The position numbers and the translations under genes are program-made. The notes beneath the pieces are model-generated. The model searched no databases and was not told where the DNA came from. It saw only the letters and a program-made list of their open reading frames with translations. 32,000 nt of DNA from Sedimentisphaera cyanobacteriorum (GTDB taxonomy: Bacteria > Planctomycetota > Phycisphaerae > Sedimentisphaerales > Sedimentisphaeraceae): NCBI RefSeq assembly GCF_001997385.1, contig NZ_CP019633.1, positions 1,740,001 to 1,772,000 of the forward strand. Reading direction: 5' to 3'. Below, piece by piece: positions 1 to 8,334 of this stretch (position 1 is its first letter; each line of letters opens with the position of its first letter).

Positions 1-289
1 TTACCCCGTTCTCCGAACGCTTAACCTTCTCCACCTCACGCTTCTGGGCTTTTACGGTGAGGTTCTTGTGGATTATTCCAATTCCGCCCTCCTGCGCAAG
101 TGCAATAGCAAGGGCAGACTCTGTTACTGTATCCATAGCTGCAGAAACTATGGGAATATTTATTCTTATGTTTCTTGTGAGCCTTGTTGAAATTTCCGCC
201 TCTGAAGGAATGATCTCGCTCTGCTGAGGTACAAGCAGAACATCGTCAAATGTAATTCCCAGACCGGCAATCTTGTGCTCATTGTCCAT
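1..289 (-). CDS. guaB: IMP dehydrogenase, N-terminal fragment (gene runs off the window start)
   Basis: Reverse-strand translation from ATG at 289..287 gives [82 protein letters not shown]..., the canonical IMPDH N-terminus. GGAGAG lies 5 nt upstream of the ATG. It is absent from the ORF track because it has no stop inside the window. Confidence 0.9.
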   Translation of the reverse strand, partial: MDNEHKIAGLGITFDDVLLVPQQSEIIPSEAEISTRLTRNIRINIPIVSAAMDTVTESALAIALAQEGGIGIIHKNLTVKAQKREVEKVKRSENGV

Positions 290-487
290 TATAGCTCTCC
301 ATTGTATAGAGGTATCGCTTTGCTGTTAAGGCAGTATATACCGGTAACACTCGAGAAATGAAGCAAAGGAAATTTACCGGCAAATAATGCTCAACCCGAA
401 GCCAAATTTTACTATATATATCACTTTCAGTCAAGCTGGAGAAAGACGTTAAAACACGAGAAAAATTGCTGCCCGCTCGAATTCTTC

Positions 488-515
488 TTGATAATTTTCG
501 GCGTTGGAATATTAT
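488..515 (+). promoter_or_regulatory. putative sigma70 promoter of tRNA-Ala
   Basis: TTGATA (488-493), 16-nt spacer, TATTAT (510-515). The -10 ends 12 nt before the mature tRNA 5' end at 528. Confidence 0.5.
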
Positions 516-527
516 ATCTCGCTTTGA

Positions 528-600
<73 letters not shown>

Positions 601-860
601 TTTCTTCTTTAAGCATATCTTTTAGACAAATCATTTACCCCGCGGGATGCTGTGATTATGTAATTTCTGCAATCTGTTTACGGTTCACTGATTAAGTTTT
701 TTGAATTAGCAGAATCATTATTTTAAGTTAGAGCGAGATCTAAAATAATACTTAGCCCCTGTTCGGGAATCTGCGTACCTAAGGCAAGGCTGGCTGATTA
801 TAAATCCCCTTAGGTGTATTTAATCAAATCCTGTTTCCGCTTTTCAGAGCCCCAGCTTGC

Positions 861-2861
861 CTAATCGCTGATAATAGGCTTAAGGCTGAGCTTGCTCAAT
901 ATCTCAATGCACCTTCTCTTTCTGCGGTGTTTCTGCTGAAGCTCTTTAATATATTTTTCCCACTCATCCTTACTGCCGTTTAGTCTCATAACTTTACGTG
1001 CCTTGCGCAGGTATTCGGCGGCTTCGTAGTATGATTTAACTTTAGTTTCATCTATATAATCTTCAGCAATCTTCTGCCATATTGAAACTGCACGCTGCGG
1101 AGAGTAATCTTTTGCTGCTTCGGCTGCATCATCTGCAAGATGAATTGGCATTCTAAAATTCAATTCATTGCCCTTGTTAAACCAGTAAAGAACCCTCTTC
1201 GGGTCTTCTTCGTATATTGCAATTGAGACTAATGCCCTGATATTCGGGAAAATTCTGTAACTGCCCTCCTCAGCATAAATATTTTTAGGTTTGGGCAGAG
1301 GCCAAGATAAGTTTTCCCATGGCAGATTACCTTTTTCGAGATATTCAAGCAGCAGCTCCCGAACTTCCGTCCATGTTTTATTTTTTTTGTTTATCTTTTC
1401 GCAAGCGGCATAATTGTCTTTGTTAGGTGAGCTGACAAAATTCTCAACATCCATAATTGCGGCAGATGCCCAGTCCTTTTCAAGCTTGTAGATTTGTTTC
1501 AGTTGTTCTTGCAGTGTGCTAACAATTCCGCTATATCTATCCTGATTCTGCTTGACCCCTTCTTTGATCCATTTTTTTGCTTCATCGTATTTCTCTTGTT
1601 CTCTCAACACTTCTACAAGCCGCGGGTAGTTGTTGTTTGTTCGAGCTTCAGCCTTGCAGATAGACAATTTTTCATTTTTTCTCCCGGCCTTTTCAAGTGA
1701 ATAAACAAGCCAGTCAACAAATTTATCACGGAAATGATCTCTGCAGACATTAGGAGAAGCCTTTGGGAAACCTATTTCTTTCAAGCGAACAAGCAATCTG
1801 TCTGCAAATCTGCTCCATTGAGATTCAGGACGATTTTTAGTGAGGTAATTTTTGAAATTATCAAAGAGGTGATAGCCGTCTTCAAGAACGAAATTAAGGG
1901 CGTGTTCCATCTTTTCTATTTCTGTCGCTGAAGACTGCTCAAGCGCGCAAAATAAGGTAGGGGATATTTTTTCGAAATCCAAAGTGATGAATTCTTCGCT
2001 GTACAAATTATCGATCTGGTAAATTCCAGCAGATACGATCTGATCTGCCATCTCCAAAACATCGTCCGCATAGCCTGCACGAATTAGTCTCTTGAGGTTG
2101 CTGTTTATCTGTTGATAGTCAAGAATGTTTTCGTCCGGCTCGCCGTAGTAATCAAACTGAATCTCCTTGTAGGCGGTTTTTAAATACTCTTTCAACCAGT
2201 AGATGAGCTTTTCTGCCTTTACATTGGTAAGTTTGTTTCGCTTAATCAGCTCTTTAGTGATTCCCGGGAATACTTCAATCAGTTCATAAATAATCGTCTT
2301 GAGCTCGTCTTTGCTCTTCCTCTCCAGCAATTCGGCTAGTTGCCCAGCCTCATTTTGCTCATCCTGATATCCATAAATGGAGCTGTTAATTTGCGCAATG
2401 TCTAAAACGGGCTCGGAATTTTGCTGTTTGATTAAGAGCACACGAGGGTCTTGCTCTTTTGCCTCAGGGACTTCAATTTTCTCCTTGCGCATTTCAATAT
2501 ATTTAAGCACTGCTGCCACCCCATGCTTGCAGTTTACAGCGTAAGGGCAGGAGCATTCTGAATAGAGGCTGCCGTTTTCATCTAATTTTACGTGAACAGC
2601 ATAAACAAACGTGCCCCTTACCGTCGCAATCGGGCCGTTCTGAAAAACAGCAACCTTGGAAACTTTTGATTTATAGCCTTCCGCCCTTGAAACAATTTTA
2701 GTGCCCGCCCATTCAGTTAAATCGTTCCAAGTGAGCTCTAATAATCTGTCCAGTTTTTTGTTATCCATATGATATTTCTCAGCTTTTTCATTCAAACATT
2801 TAATGTTTCCTGAAGCAAAGATTAAGCGTAAAATTGAATTTTGACAATGAGATTTTTTCAA
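861..2861 (-). CDS. SWIM zinc-finger domain protein, function unknown
   Basis: 666-codon ORF in the track. The SWIM signature CxC-xn-CxH is visible in ...LYSECSCPYAVNCKHGVAAVLKY. The remaining ~530 aa are helical and K/E/W/Y-rich with no motif I recognise. The start is ambiguous: ATG at 2861, or ATG at 2768 (MDNKKLDRLLELTWNDL...), which fits the usual SWIM-protein N-terminus better. Confidence 0.75.
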   Translation of the reverse strand: MKKSHCQNSILRLIFASGNIKCLNEKAEKYHMDNKKLDRLLELTWNDLTEWAGTKIVSRAEGYKSKVSKVAVFQNGPIATVRGTFVYAVHVKLDENGSLYSECSCPYAVNCKHGVAAVLKYIEMRKEKIEVPEAKEQDPRVLLIKQQNSEPVLDIAQINSSIYGYQDEQNEAGQLAELLERKSKDELKTIIYELIEVFPGITKELIKRNKLTNVKAEKLIYWLKEYLKTAYKEIQFDYYGEPDENILDYQQINSNLKRLIRAGYADDVLEMADQIVSAGIYQIDNLYSEEFITLDFEKISPTLFCALEQSSATEIEKMEHALNFVLEDGYHLFDNFKNYLTKNRPESQWSRFADRLLVRLKEIGFPKASPNVCRDHFRDKFVDWLVYSLEKAGRKNEKLSICKAEARTNNNYPRLVEVLREQEKYDEAKKWIKEGVKQNQDRYSGIVSTLQEQLKQIYKLEKDWASAAIMDVENFVSSPNKDNYAACEKINKKNKTWTEVRELLLEYLEKGNLPWENLSWPLPKPKNIYAEEGSYRIFPNIRALVSIAIYEEDPKRVLYWFNKGNELNFRMPIHLADDAAEAAKDYSPQRAVSIWQKIAEDYIDETKVKSYYEAAEYLRKARKVMRLNGSKDEWEKYIKELQQKHRRKRRCIEILSKLSLKPIISD

Positions 2862-3005
2862 TATGATAAAAATTAAATTTTGGGAAATGGCTTTGATAAG
2901 GACTTGCCAGACTAAATATTTTCAGGTGGAATCATAATATAAAATGATTAGCGGGGTTATTCCGCTGTCTTATTTGCAGAACTTAAACTTTGCGGAAAGG
3001 TAGAT

Positions 3006-4535
3006 ATGAAAATTCAAAGACGAAAATTTTTAAAGCAAACCGCCGGGTTGGGCATTGTTTCAACATTGAGCCTGCTTACAAATGCAGCCTACGCAGACTA
3101 CTTTAATCAAATCGGCTTAGGCGGCAGGGATCTTAATACAGGTTTAAGAATATTGAACTACGGTTTTGGCGGTCGGTTAGAAGATAAGGACCCGAAGCAA
3201 ATTCCTTCTGAGGTTAAAACACTATATTCAAAAATGTATAATCTCCTTGCGAAAAACAGAAGAATGACTCATGTAGAGCTGTTTTCGGATGCCGAAGTGA
3301 AATCAATGTGCAAAAGCCGGAATATCAAACACATCGGCGGCCCGATGCTTGGAAATGTTACATCGACAGGGATTAAAGTATGGGTCAGAACACTGTATCC
3401 GGCAGCGGTAAAAATTCGGGTCGAAACTATTGACGGTACAGTTGATTTCGGCCCGGTGCATTCAACTGCTGAATCGGATTATGCCGCTGTTGTACCGGTG
3501 AAAGGCCTCAAGCCCAATACTCGTTATCCATACAGTTTAATTATTGACGATAAAGCAGTTTCTCTGCCCTTTGAGCCTTCATTCAAAACAGTAAACGATG
3601 AGAAAGCATCTTCTAAACGTATTGCATTCGGCACTTGTCCGCATCGGTCGGGATTAGGCAACTCAAAGCTGTTTGAACTGATACGCAGGCGTGAACCCTC
3701 TGCTATGCTGCTCGGCGGGGATATTGCCGTTCAAGACCGACGTAAAAACGGAGCAAAGCATCGAGCGGATTATATTCTGCGTGATTTGCAGCCGCCGTGG
3801 AAGCGATTTTCTGCCAACATCCCTGTATATGCAGCATGGGACGACCACGATTATTTCGATAACGATCTGGCCGGAATCCCAAACGGTTTTTCAGATAATG
3901 ACCGCCGGAATATATGTTCAATATTCCGCAATTCTTGGAACAATCCCTCTTACGGGGCATCGAACGGCGTGTTTTTCCGAACACGGATAGAGCCCTGTGA
4001 TGTGATAATGCTTGATCACCGATACTTCCGTAATCAGGATGATTCAAACAAGTTTCTTGGGGATGCCCAGATGCAATGGCTAAAGAAACAATTGGCAGGT
4101 TGCAAGGGGCCGTTTGTTATCCTTTCATGCGGTACCATGTGGAGTGATTATGTTTCCAACGGAAAAGACTCATGGGGAACAACAGCCCCTTCCGAACGGG
4201 AAGAGCTTTTCAGTTTTATTGAAAAGAATAAAATTCCCGGGGTAATCCTTATCTCAGGCGACCGACACGGAGCTCGCGGATTTCTTATCCCGAGGCCATC
4301 CGGATATAACTTCTATGAATTTGAAGTGGCAGCCCTCGGCGGGAGAAGCGGCCCTCCCGCAGCTACTGAAAAATGGGAGACGCAGCTTTTCGGATTTGCG
4401 AAAAAATATATGTTTGCTGAGTTCGATTTCAATACTAAAAGGGCAGATCCGGAAGTTACATTCAAACTCTTCCAAGACAGCGGCAAGAAATTATATACCA
4501 AAACGCTGAAACAAAGCCAGCTCACACCGAAGTGA
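3006..4535 (+). CDS. phoD: PhoD-family alkaline phosphatase / metallophosphoesterase, Tat-exported
   Basis: 509-aa ORF. It has a twin-arginine signal (MKIQRRKFLKQTAGLGIVSTLSLL) and metallophosphatase motifs LLGGDIAVQD, WDDHDYFDND and LISGDRHGA in the order typical of PhoD-like enzymes. Confidence 0.8.
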   Translation: MKIQRRKFLKQTAGLGIVSTLSLLTNAAYADYFNQIGLGGRDLNTGLRILNYGFGGRLEDKDPKQIPSEVKTLYSKMYNLLAKNRRMTHVELFSDAEVKSMCKSRNIKHIGGPMLGNVTSTGIKVWVRTLYPAAVKIRVETIDGTVDFGPVHSTAESDYAAVVPVKGLKPNTRYPYSLIIDDKAVSLPFEPSFKTVNDEKASSKRIAFGTCPHRSGLGNSKLFELIRRREPSAMLLGGDIAVQDRRKNGAKHRADYILRDLQPPWKRFSANIPVYAAWDDHDYFDNDLAGIPNGFSDNDRRNICSIFRNSWNNPSYGASNGVFFRTRIEPCDVIMLDHRYFRNQDDSNKFLGDAQMQWLKKQLAGCKGPFVILSCGTMWSDYVSNGKDSWGTTAPSEREELFSFIEKNKIPGVILISGDRHGARGFLIPRPSGYNFYEFEVAALGGRSGPPAATEKWETQLFGFAKKYMFAEFDFNTKRADPEVTFKLFQDSGKKLYTKTLKQSQLTPK

Positions 4536-4584
4536 TTTATATTATCAGAAATGACAGTATGAATGGTTTGTTAAGTAATACGAA

Positions 4585-4619
4585 GAGCTCGTGAATCCGA
4601 ATCTCACGGGCTCATTTTT
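4585..4619 (+). terminator. rho-independent terminator of phoD, built from a degenerate tRNA 3'-half
   Basis: GAGCTCGTGA (4585-4594) pairs with TCACGGGCTC (4604-4613): 10 bp with one G-U. The loop is ATCCGAATC and ATTTTT follows. The sequence is also a roughly 80% copy of the T-arm and acceptor 3' end of the tRNA-Ala at 528-600 (see findings). Confidence 0.6.
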
Positions 4620-4699
4620 CAATTATCGCTCAATTAGGATTTGCTCTTTGAGATCGATATTTGTTTGTTTTTACAAGCAGCCGCAGTTATTAAAACAAT

Positions 4700-5059
4700 T
4701 GGAGGCGGAGGGAATTGAACCCTCATCCCGTGATACTTCATCCCAAGTTTCTACATGTTTAGTTTCTCATTTAATTCTCGTTTACGCGTTAGGCTGAGAA
4801 ACAGGCCTTCGCAGAAACCAGCCCTCTTAATTTCACCTGAGAACCGAAGGCAGCTTTCTCAGGCTATCCCGTAAGTTTTGGCGTCAGGACCTTCAAGCAC
4901 GGGCGGCTATCAGGCTGACAGGCTGCGAATTTTTAGGCAGCCATAGCAAAGTTATTTTTGCCATATAAAAAATAGTCAGCAGATTTTTTTACCAGGCCAA
5001 CTGCCATCCTGGACATGCCGCTTGAGAGTCAACTTATCCGGTCGAAGCCAGTCGCCCCC
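4700..5059 (-). ncRNA. ssrA: tmRNA (SsrA), one-piece, ~360 nt
   Basis: The reverse strand reads GGGGGCGACTGGCTTCGACCGGATAAG ... GATGAGGGTTCAATTCCCTCCGCCTCCA. The acceptor stem GGGGGCG/CGCCTCC has G3:U70, and the T-arm is GAGGG-TTCAATT-CCCTC. An internal tag reading frame ends GGC AAA AAT AAC TTT GCT ATG GCT GCC TAA (..GKNNFAMAA*) at 4962..4933. CCA is not encoded. Confidence 0.93.
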
Positions 5060-5071
5060 AAACAATTTTTA

Positions 5072-5099
5072 ATTATAAAAAATTTGCAGATAATTGCAA
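5072..5099 (-). promoter_or_regulatory. putative sigma70 promoter of ssrA
   Basis: On the reverse strand: TTGCAA (5099-5094), 16-nt spacer, TATAAT (5077-5072). The -10 ends 12 nt before the tmRNA 5' G at 5059. Confidence 0.55.
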
Positions 5100-5105
5100 T
5101 TTGAA

Positions 5106-5735
5106 TTACTCGGCTTCAGGGAAAATGTTCGGCTTGTCGCTTGATTTGTGCAGCTGCCAGATCTGTTCGGGCGTAAATATGATTGAATATGAGTTGAGCT
5201 CTTTATCGAGAGCTTTTGCAGACCTTTGCCCGCAGCAGCCGTCTAAGAGATGCCAGAATTTTTTGCAGTGCGATTTTACCTTTGTATGGGCGAGTTCGTG
5301 GAGGATGAGGTAATCCTGCAGGTATTCTGGAAGCAGAACCATATTTATATTGAGGCTTATGCTGTTTTTCGATGAGCAGCTGCCCCATCTGGTTTTCTGG
5401 CAGCGGAATGTAATTTTGCTGTATTCGAACCCGAAGCGGGAAGCGAGCTGCTGAGCTCTGCTGAAAAGCTTTTCCTGCTGCTGATACAGATCAAGCTTAG
5501 GCAGGTCTTTCAGGCGCGAACTTAGGTTTTCCTTGCGTTTTTCAACTTTTGTAAAAGATTTGCTAAGCCAGTCCTTTTTGGTATTGAGAAACTCTATCGC
5601 CCGCCTGCCGGAAACGCCCAGAGGCACGCTCAGCCTCGCCCCGCTTTGCGAAACGGTTAGCCGGAGATGCTTGGCGCGAGGCGATGTTACCACCCTCACT
5701 TCAATCCCCTCAACCTTTTCAATGAAGTCCATCAT
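5106..5735 (-). CDS. YgjP-like (DUF45 / M48-like) metal-dependent hydrolase
   Basis: 209-aa ORF with the HExxH motif (ILHELAHTKVKSH) and the upstream TRWGSCS motif typical of the DUF45/YgjP family. Its start overlaps the upstream stop by 4 nt (ATGA), which implies translational coupling. Confidence 0.8.
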   Translation of the reverse strand: MMDFIEKVEGIEVRVVTSPRAKHLRLTVSQSGARLSVPLGVSGRRAIEFLNTKKDWLSKSFTKVEKRKENLSSRLKDLPKLDLYQQQEKLFSRAQQLASRFGFEYSKITFRCQKTRWGSCSSKNSISLNINMVLLPEYLQDYLILHELAHTKVKSHCKKFWHLLDGCCGQRSAKALDKELNSYSIIFTPEQIWQLHKSSDKPNIFPEAE

Positions 5736-5965
5736 TTCCCGCTGAAATACTTAACTACCCAGGATATGAGCGTGAGCACAATTGATATTACGATGCAGCT
5801 TACTACAGGGAAGTATATCTTCCAGCCTTTCCCGCTGAAGCTTAAGTCTCCGGGAAGTTTGAAGAGATTCAGCTTTGGGGCAAAGACCATAATCAGCCCT
5901 GTTGCAGAGATTATCAGTCCTGCAGCAATAAGGAATTTCCCGATTTGAGTGTAACCGTCCGGCAA
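5732..5965 (-). CDS. DUF2905-family small membrane protein
   Basis: 77-aa ORF with two hydrophobic helices flanking ...LFKLPGDLSFSGKGWKIYFPVVSCIVISIVLT..., the pattern I associate with DUF2905. It is tightly packed between proC and the ygjP-like gene. Confidence 0.7.
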   Translation of the reverse strand: MPDGYTQIGKFLIAAGLIISATGLIMVFAPKLNLFKLPGDLSFSGKGWKIYFPVVSCIVISIVLTLISWVVKYFSGK

Positions 5966-5980
5966 GATTTCCTCCGTTTG

Positions 5981-6790
5981 TCAAACTTCAGAGAGCTCTT
6001 CGCTTCTCTGCTTGGCACGTGATACAGCGAGCATAACTATTGCCCCGAGCTGGTTGTTTTCGAGCTCTTTTAATGCGGCCTCTGTAGTTCCGCCTGGCGA
6101 GGCAACCTTGCGTCTAAGGTCTTCGGGCTTTTCGCCTGCATCGCTTCTGTGCTTTGCCAGCATAGCTGCGCCAAGGGCTGTTTGCATCGTAAGCTCGGAA
6201 GCGGTTTTTTCATCAAGGCCGAGCTCAACCGCTGCGTTTATCATCTCTTCCATAAACAGAAAGAAATATGCCGGCCCAGACCCGCTAAGGGCGGTTACGA
6301 TATTCATATCCTCCTCGCTCGAGAGCACAAAGGCCTCTCCTATCGCAGAGAATATTTTTTGCGCATCAGGGAGGTGCTTTTCGCCTTTTTTGTTTGCGAA
6401 TAAGCCCGCTGCTCCCCAGCCAACGAGGGCAGGTGTATTCGGCATAACGCGAATCACCGGTATATCTCCGAGCAGATCAGTGATTTTCTTAATTTTAAGC
6501 CCTGCGGCGATTGATATAACAGGTTTATCGCAAGGGAAATCATCCAGCGATTCCAACACTTCCCCTGCAATCTGCGGCTTAACTGCAAGCACAGCCATAT
6601 CGCTCGAGCTTACAACGAGATTGTTGTATTTAAAGGCGTTTATCCCGTAGGCAGACTTCATATAATCGAGACGGTTGTCGCTGATGTCGCTGATGTTGAT
6701 CTCATCGCAGGAATAAACCTTCTTAGAGATTAGCCCCTTGATTATAGCCTCAGCCATATTTCCCGCACCGATAAAACCTATAGTAGCCAT
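5981..6790 (-). CDS. proC: pyrroline-5-carboxylate reductase
   Basis: Visible motifs: Rossmann N-terminus MATIGFIGAGNMAEAIIKGL, then MPNTPALVG, GSGPAYFFLFMEE and SPGGTTEAAL. The track ORF extends to 6823. ATG at 6790 is preferred because GGAG sits 8 nt upstream and the homologous N-terminus starts there. Confidence 0.92.
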   Translation of the reverse strand: MATIGFIGAGNMAEAIIKGLISKKVYSCDEINISDISDNRLDYMKSAYGINAFKYNNLVVSSSDMAVLAVKPQIAGEVLESLDDFPCDKPVISIAAGLKIKKITDLLGDIPVIRVMPNTPALVGWGAAGLFANKKGEKHLPDAQKIFSAIGEAFVLSSEEDMNIVTALSGSGPAYFFLFMEEMINAAVELGLDEKTASELTMQTALGAAMLAKHRSDAGEKPEDLRRKVASPGGTTEAALKELENNQLGAIVMLAVSRAKQRSEELSEV

Positions 6791-7036
6791 TGCTTGCTCC
6801 GTTTTAATAAACTGAAAACTCAATTAAAAGCTGGCATATATTTTATAACAAACAGGGCTCAATTAAAGAAAAATCAGCGCTTACCTTTACGAGTGTGCGA
6901 CAATTTTTTGGGCAAAATGCAAATCATCACTCTGCAATGCTTTGTTGAATTTATTGCTATCTATATTACCCTGAAACCGCTGCTTAATACTCACGATAAT
7001 CAGAGCCGCACGTGGAGTGCGCCGTAGGCGATGAGC

Positions 7037-7394
7037 CTGTCCGCCTGCGGCGGAGAACAAACGGATAGATGATTTTGCGAGCCCGCAGCGAAATTAGGTC
7101 ATCCACAGATAGCCTATTTAAGTGGAGCCTCCCGTTTCATACAGGATCGTATATAATACGTCCCAAAAAATTTTATTTACTAAAGGAGACTCCAATGAAG
7201 AAGTATATCGGATTAGATATGGATAGCAAGAAAACACTGATGGCACAGATATTTTTTGAATGTAAAGCCCTTCTATAAAATACCCTACAAAAATCCTTTG
7301 TGCCCTTCGAGCTTCGTAATTTTAAAATGAATTATGCACTACGAAGAAACCATCTTAGCGGAAATTAGTGAAAATTAGCGGTTAAAAATCTTAG
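7037..7394. repeat. intergenic cluster of short dispersed repeat modules (locus A)
   Basis: Modules present:
- Hairpin module CTGTCCGCCTGCGGCGGAGAACAAACGGATAG (7037-7068).
- GAAATTAG (7090-7097).
- ATCCACAGAT (7101-7110).
- TTGTGCCCTTCG (7298-7309).
- A CTTCGTA/TACGAAG inverted repeat (7312-7318 / 7340-7346).
- A TTAG 10-mer tandem (7355-7394) that includes GTGAAAATTAG (7368-7378).
Each module recurs at 9655-9727 and/or 21101-21474. Confidence 0.7.
7195..7278 (+). pseudogene. possible IS110-family transposase 5' stub (first ~14 codons only)
   Basis: AAGGAG lies 7 nt upstream of ATG 7195. The translation is MKKYIGLDMDSKKTLMAQIFFECKALL*. The first 14 residues resemble the conserved IS110/IS116/IS902 N-terminus ([IV]G[IL]D[VLM]xSKK..), after which similarity is lost. 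No continuation appears in any frame. Confidence 0.3.
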
Positions 7395-7453
7395 CCATTT
7401 ATATTTTTTACTGAGGCTTTTGTGTGAACGTCCTGCAAGGGTTTAGAAACATA

Positions 7454-7507
7454 GCGGAAAGCCGCCAGCCGGCGCATCTGAATACCGGTTGGCGGCCTCT
7501 TTTCCGC
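7454..7507. terminator. long GC-rich hairpin downstream of the OMP gene (probable terminator)
   Basis: GCCGCCAGCCGG (7461-7472) pairs with CCGGTTGGCGGC (7485-7496): 12 bp with one wobble or mismatch. The outer pairing GCGGAAA/TTTCCGC extends it. It lies 44 nt past the stop of the minus-strand gene ending at 7551, and short T runs flank it on both strands. Confidence 0.45.
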
Positions 7508-7550
7508 ATACGGGGTACTGTAAGTCCGCTCTCTCTGAAAGGCGAATCTT

Positions 7551-8282
7551 TTAGAATGTAGTTGAGAGTGAAATGCCGGCGTAGATGTAGTCCGGATCGG
7601 GCTCGTAGGCATCAGTCTCTTTGAGCTCATCATCCATTATGGCAGCATAGGTAACTGAAGGAGTGAGAGTCCAGTCGCCCATGGCAAGAGGCATAGACGC
7701 CGAGAGAGCCAGATCCTGCATGGAGCTGTCATCAACGCCCCAGTATCCGAGGTTGTAGTCTGAGTCTGCATAGCCAAGCGAGGCTGCGCAGTCTAAGGCC
7801 ATATCCTCACCCAATGAGAAGCTGTGTGAAACCCCCGCGCTGAAGTATGTTCCTTCAATTGCGTCAATGTCGCGGTAAACAGTGAAAGAAGGGCTCAGCG
7901 GCATATCAAAGCTCAGTCCGCCATAGATTTCATTTGTGTTGCCTGCATCTTCATCGAAATCGTACCTTATTACGCCCAGAGTGTAATCAACACCCTCGGT
8001 GAGCGAGTCTGAATATTCTGCGGTAAAATCGACCTCTGTGAAGTTGTTTTTCTCGCCCTCATCTGTTAAGTCCATATTCCCCCAGAGATTCAGGTATATT
8101 TTGTCCACCTGAAATCCTATGCCCGTCTGAATTACAGACTCATCGTTAATCGCCTGGCCTCTCCAGATGTACTTGCTGAAATAGCCGACAGAAAGATCGC
8201 CTTCGATTTCCGCATCGAAAGCACTGGCCGAAGTTGCCAGCCCCGCTGCAAGGGCAGTAGTGAGAATGATTTTTTTAAGCAT
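7551..8282 (-). CDS. outer-membrane beta-barrel protein, TorF/TIGR02001 (gcw_chp)-like
   Basis: 243-aa ORF. It has a signal peptide (MLKKIILTTALAAGLATSASA/FD), alternating amphipathic strands and a C-terminal ...ISLSTTF. The segment SKYIWRGQAINDESVIQTGIGF...YLNLWGN resembles the Y.FRG.sQt...Pa.QG...y.g.W.SN signature of the TorF-like family. GGAG lies 8 nt upstream of the ATG. Confidence 0.8.
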   Translation of the reverse strand: MLKKIILTTALAAGLATSASAFDAEIEGDLSVGYFSKYIWRGQAINDESVIQTGIGFQVDKIYLNLWGNMDLTDEGEKNNFTEVDFTAEYSDSLTEGVDYTLGVIRYDFDEDAGNTNEIYGGLSFDMPLSPSFTVYRDIDAIEGTYFSAGVSHSFSLGEDMALDCAASLGYADSDYNLGYWGVDDSSMQDLALSASMPLAMGDWTLTPSVTYAAIMDDELKETDAYEPDPDYIYAGISLSTTF

Positions 8283-8334
8283 CGTAAACGCTCCTGAAAA
8301 AAGTTAATAAAATTTACGGTTTCGCCAACAGCAA

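Noticed and set aside
601-860. Integrase remnant or att site immediately downstream of tRNA-Ala
   Set aside because: No open frame or integrase-like translation appears in any frame. Only weak echoes of the dispersed motifs are present, so the island hypothesis rests solely on the distal tRNA-like fragment.
4591-4797. 68-aa plus-strand ORF from the track
   Set aside because: It starts inside the phoD terminator hairpin and runs antisense into the 3' end of ssrA. It is an artefact of the tmRNA locus.
6012-6650. 212-aa plus-strand ORF antisense to proC
   Set aside because: This is a shadow ORF inside a confidently identified gene, with Ser/Ala/Pro-rich low-complexity translation. The same reasoning applies to 13610-14149, 15644-16132, 18584-19096 and 28654-29277.
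6832-6848. TGGCAT as a sigma54 -24 element (also TGGCAC at 7241-7257 and 6015)
   Set aside because: None has a GC dinucleotide at the correct N10 spacing, and none is positioned upstream of a gene start in the right orientation.
7069-7278. 69-aa ORF as a real gene
   Set aside because: Only the last 27 codons follow an RBS, and only ~14 of those resemble anything (the IS110 N-terminus). The upstream 42 codons run through repeat and hairpin DNA. I kept only the stub, as a low-confidence pseudogene.
7355-7394. CRISPR or other guide-array interpretation of the short tandem repeats (also 21101-21150)
   Set aside because: The units are 10-27 nt with no unique spacers of regular length. There are only 2-4 copies, and no cas or other effector genes are in the window.
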